Source: Halarcobacter sp.
GTDB taxonomy: Bacteria > Campylobacterota > Campylobacteria > Campylobacterales > Arcobacteraceae
Assembly: GCA_048571215.1 (NCBI GenBank)
Contig: CP182352.1
Span: forward strand, 2,176,001 to 2,240,000
Reading direction: 5' to 3'
Length of the DNA: 64,000 nt
This document shows positions 60,672 to 64,000 of the stretch, one piece after another. The notes beneath the pieces are model-generated. The model did no database searches and was not told where the DNA came from. It saw only the letters and a list, made by a program, of their open reading frames with translations. A program made the translations under genes and the position numbers. Numbering within the stretch: position 1 is the first letter of the stretch; each line of letters begins with the position of its first letter.

Positions 60672-61520
60672 ATGATAATTAAATCAATGAGTAGAAAGAG
60701 TAAATCTTTTTCACAACTATATGACTATTTAATGAGAGAAGAGCAATCATTCTGTTTTACAAGAAATGCTTACTCAAATCCCAAAAACAAAAAAGAACTA
60801 ATAAAAGAGTTTATGCAAAATAGCTATTATCTAAAAAATGCAAGAGGTAAAAACTATTTATACCATGAACTATTATCATTAGAGCAAAACAACTTATCAA
60901 TAAAAAGACAAAAAGAGATACTTTTAGATCTAGCAGATAAATTTCTAAAACTTAGAGCTAGTAATCATATAGCTTTTGGTGTAGTTCATGAAGATAAACA
61001 ACATATACATCTTCATCTAATGCTTAGTGCCAATGAAATTGAAGGACAAAAACGAGTAAGACTATCAAAGCAAGAACTAGCTTCAATACAAGCTACACTA
61101 GAGCATTATAAAAATGGAAAATATTTAGAACTTTCTCAATCTGAATTTTATCAAAAAAGAAAAGACCTTTCAAAGATGTACCAAAAAGAACAAGAGATGA
61201 AGCATAGAAGAAATAAACAGCCTAAAAAAGAGATGATAAAAGAAGAATTAGAAAAAATCTTTAAAACAGCAACATCAAGAAAATATTTAGAAAACTATCT
61301 AAAAAATAGAGGTTTTACACTTGATAAATCAAGAGGGCAAACTATAAAAATCATCTATGAAAACAAGCCCTATAGATTAAAAACACTTGGACTTGAAAAG
61401 GAATATAAAGAATTAGAAAAAAGACTAGAACAAATACAAGAAAGAGAGATGAAACGGCAAAGAGCAAAAGAAGAAAGAATCCAAACTAGAAAAAACCAAG
61501 AACAAACATTTGAAAGATGA
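60672..61520 (+). CDS. Relaxase (MOBP-like)
   Basis: LYDYL, YHELLS, VHEDKQHIHLH; TGA stop. Confidence 0.88.
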   Translation: MIIKSMSRKSKSFSQLYDYLMREEQSFCFTRNAYSNPKNKKELIKEFMQNSYYLKNARGKNYLYHELLSLEQNNLSIKRQKEILLDLADKFLKLRASNHIAFGVVHEDKQHIHLHLMLSANEIEGQKRVRLSKQELASIQATLEHYKNGKYLELSQSEFYQKRKDLSKMYQKEQEMKHRRNKQPKKEMIKEELEKIFKTATSRKYLENYLKNRGFTLDKSRGQTIKIIYENKPYRLKTLGLEKEYKELEKRLEQIQEREMKRQRAKEERIQTRKNQEQTFER

Positions 61521-61617
61521 AAAAGGAAAAAGAGATGAATACATCAAAAAAAGAAAAGTTCATAAAGTAAATGATAACCTTATTTTATATAAAATAAATA
61601 TACATAAAAGGTTATTA

Positions 61618-63141
61618 ATGGAATCTCTTGCTTCACTGATTTTACTTATATTATTTAGTATATTAATTATTTCATTTATGAATAAATATTTAAGAGGATT
61701 TGGACTTGGATTTTTAAATCCAGTTTCAATACTACTATCATACATCACAAAACCACCATTAAAAGATGATGGAATGATGAATAAACAAGATGAATTAAAA
61801 CTCTTTTCAAGATTTAATTCAGGGCTTTTAATTGATGTAAAAAACAAAAGGCTTTCAGAAGATGAAAGTTGTAAACACTTAGCTTTAATTTCTAGAACAG
61901 GTGGAGGTAAAACCACCTCATACGTTCTACCTAATATCTATAAACTATCAGAAGAAAAATGCTCAATGGTTATCACTGATTTAAGTGGAGAAATATTTGA
62001 TAAAACAAGTGGTTATCTAGAAAAAAAAGGTTATAAAATTTATGTTTTAGACCCAAATAATCTCGATGAATCCATAAGATACAACCCTTTAGAGTTTTCA
62101 AATACTTCAGTTGAAATTGATACCCTTAGTGAAATATTACTTGCTTCAGCAGGATTAAGGGTAACCAGTTCTGAAGACAGAATTTGGAGTGATGGGGCGA
62201 AAAGCCTTATATCAATTTTAATAAAAGTTTTAAAAGGAACAGAAGATAAGAAGTTTATCAATTTAGCAAACGTAAGATATATGATAAATCAATTTGGAGC
62301 AGATGGAAAAGCATTAAATGAGTTTATAAAAAGATATGCAGATGATAAAACATTAAATGAATATAATGGTTTTGTTAGTGGCTATGATAGAACTCTTCAA
62401 TCCTTTGTATCTAATGCAAGTGTAGCCTTAAGTCCTATTGGAATAAATGATAATTTAGAAAAACTCACATATTCAAATACTATTGATTTTAAAAAGATAA
62501 GAGAAGAAAAATCAGTAGTATATATAAGAATTAAAGAGACAGAACAAGAACAATACAGCTTTCTTTTAAATTTATTTTATACTCAACTATTTAACACCAT
62601 GCTAAATAAAATCCCCGCAAAAAATGACTTACCAATTTATTGTTTACTTGATGAATTTGGTAATATGAATATTCCTAAATTTCCATCTATAATTACAACC
62701 ATTAGAAAGTATAAAGTTTCAATATCAATTATCTTGCAAAATATTAGTCAGTTAAACGAAGTATATTCACCAAATAAAGCTAAAACTATCTTAGATGGTG
62801 GGATAGCTAGTAAACTAATTTTAAGTGGTGCAGATTTAGATTTAGCCTCATCTTTAGAAAGGATGTTTGGTAAAAGGAAAAAGCTAGAAGAAACAGCAGA
62901 TGGAAATTATGTATATGAAAATATAGATGTAATGAGTGCTAGTGAGATTAGAACAATGAAAGACAATGAAGCTTTATTTGTTTATGCAAATAAAAGACCT
63001 TTAAAAATGGATATAAAACCATACTATAAAGATTTTATGTTTAATAGTTTTTCAAAAATAAATCCAAGTAAACAAAAACTTCAAAGTCACGATGACAATA
63101 TTGTTTATGTTGACTTGAACAATATAGATTGGGGTGAGTAA
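61618..63141 (+). CDS. Type IV coupling protein (VirD4/TraG)
   Basis: RTGGGKT, TDLSGE, YNPL, LLDEFGN, IILQNISQL; start moved to MESLA. Confidence 0.92.
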   Translation: MESLASLILLILFSILIISFMNKYLRGFGLGFLNPVSILLSYITKPPLKDDGMMNKQDELKLFSRFNSGLLIDVKNKRLSEDESCKHLALISRTGGGKTTSYVLPNIYKLSEEKCSMVITDLSGEIFDKTSGYLEKKGYKIYVLDPNNLDESIRYNPLEFSNTSVEIDTLSEILLASAGLRVTSSEDRIWSDGAKSLISILIKVLKGTEDKKFINLANVRYMINQFGADGKALNEFIKRYADDKTLNEYNGFVSGYDRTLQSFVSNASVALSPIGINDNLEKLTYSNTIDFKKIREEKSVVYIRIKETEQEQYSFLLNLFYTQLFNTMLNKIPAKNDLPIYCLLDEFGNMNIPKFPSIITTIRKYKVSISIILQNISQLNEVYSPNKAKTILDGGIASKLILSGADLDLASSLERMFGKRKKLEETADGNYVYENIDVMSASEIRTMKDNEALFVYANKRPLKMDIKPYYKDFMFNSFSKINPSKQKLQSHDDNIVYVDLNNIDWGE

Positions 63142-63891
63142 ATGGGATTTTTTGAACAATTAAATGCTGAAATAACAAGAATGACAATAGAAAACTTTAT
63201 AGCATTATCTTTAATGTTTTATATCCCTTTTCACTTTTCAAGAAAAGCAGAGAGTTTATTTTTACATCTAGTGTATTCATTTTTAGGATTATATATGATT
63301 CTTTTTACGCAGGATACAAGAATATTAAATGATCCTAAATTACTTGTGGGATTAGGCTTGATTATTCCTCAAATTAGATTTATAATCCAGTTTGTAAAAG
63401 ATTCTATATTTACAATAAAAATGATGACTGCAAATACTTATTATTTCTTTGTAACCATATATTACAAAATTCTTAGATTTAAAGCATGGGTTGAAGATGT
63501 AATCTTGATGTTTAAAAACTTTGAATTTAAACATGAAAAGAAAAACTATTCTTACCATGAAGAAAATAACTATCAAGAAAAAAAGCAAGAACAAAACTAT
63601 AATGAAAAAGATAGCTATGAATATGAAGAATCATCAAAGCAAGAAGAACAACAAACATCTTATGAAGAGCCTAAAAAAGACTATGGAGAGCATGAAAGGT
63701 TTTATAGTTCAAATGCTTATATAGTTTTGGGTGTTAGTGTAGATGATGATTATAATGAAATTAAAAAAGCATATAAAATGCTTGTGAAGATTTATCATCC
63801 TGATTTACATCTTGATGAATTCAAACTATATAATGAGATTATGCAAAATATAAATCAGGCACATGACAAGCTTAAAAAAATCCATAATTAG
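63142..63891 (+). CDS. Membrane protein with C-terminal J domain
   Basis: N-terminal TMs; YIVLGV..IKKAY..YHPD. Confidence 0.85.
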   Translation: MGFFEQLNAEITRMTIENFIALSLMFYIPFHFSRKAESLFLHLVYSFLGLYMILFTQDTRILNDPKLLVGLGLIIPQIRFIIQFVKDSIFTIKMMTANTYYFFVTIYYKILRFKAWVEDVILMFKNFEFKHEKKNYSYHEENNYQEKKQEQNYNEKDSYEYEESSKQEEQQTSYEEPKKDYGEHERFYSSNAYIVLGVSVDDDYNEIKKAYKMLVKIYHPDLHLDEFKLYNEIMQNINQAHDKLKKIHN

Positions 63892-63899
63892 GAATATAA

Positions 63900-64000
63900 A
63901 TGTTTAATAGAAATAAATTTACCGATGATGATTTTAGAGACTTAGAAAGACAAGAAGCGTATGAGAGAAGAAAAAATGAACAGATGGTTAAAGGTGTTGG
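63900..64000 (+). CDS. Hypothetical protein, runs off window
   Basis: AGGA RBS, MFNRNKFTDDDFRDLERQEAYE... Confidence 0.55.
   Translation, partial: MFNRNKFTDDDFRDLERQEAYERRKNEQMVKGV

Larger units (their letters stand above)
29930..64000. mobile_element. Integrative mobilisable genomic island (right end outside window, att sites not identified)
   Basis: Integrase at left; excisionase-like HTH, MobC, relaxase and coupling protein at right; defence/toxin cargo between. Confidence 0.8.

Noticed and set aside
29930..64000. Suppressor tRNA-Gly(UCA) or integron integrase in the island
   Set aside because: No cloverleaf seen by eye, and neither tyrosine recombinase shows a recognisable IntI insertion; tRNAscan/IntegronFinder would be needed to exclude them.

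Overview
Very AT-rich bacterial DNA; gene content and AAGGA ribosome-binding sites suggest Campylobacterota, Arcobacter-like (inference). 1-27.6 kb is ordinary chromosome: end of a suf operon, a two-component system, ccoG, a guanidine-assimilation operon with guanidine-I and guanidine-II riboswitches, and a TetR/RND efflux locus. About 27.8-29.8 kb holds prophage relics. From 29.9 kb to the window end lies an integrative mobilisable island (tyrosine integrase ... MobC/relaxase/coupling protein) carrying CBASS, a repeat-rich polymorphic toxin/immunity pair, IS256 and a second tyrosine recombinase with a probable invertible two-gene segment. Main discovery: the apparent gaps in the ORF track (32.4-34.4, 40.4-41.2, 49.4-51.0, 57.6-59.4 kb) are intact genes in which TGA reads as Gly (translation table 25, known from Gracilibacteria/Absconditabacteria). 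They include a 601-aa serine recombinase and a DNA methyltransferase, interleaved in four blocks among standard-code genes that use TGA as stop. Translations and TGA counts were done by hand; no database searches were run.
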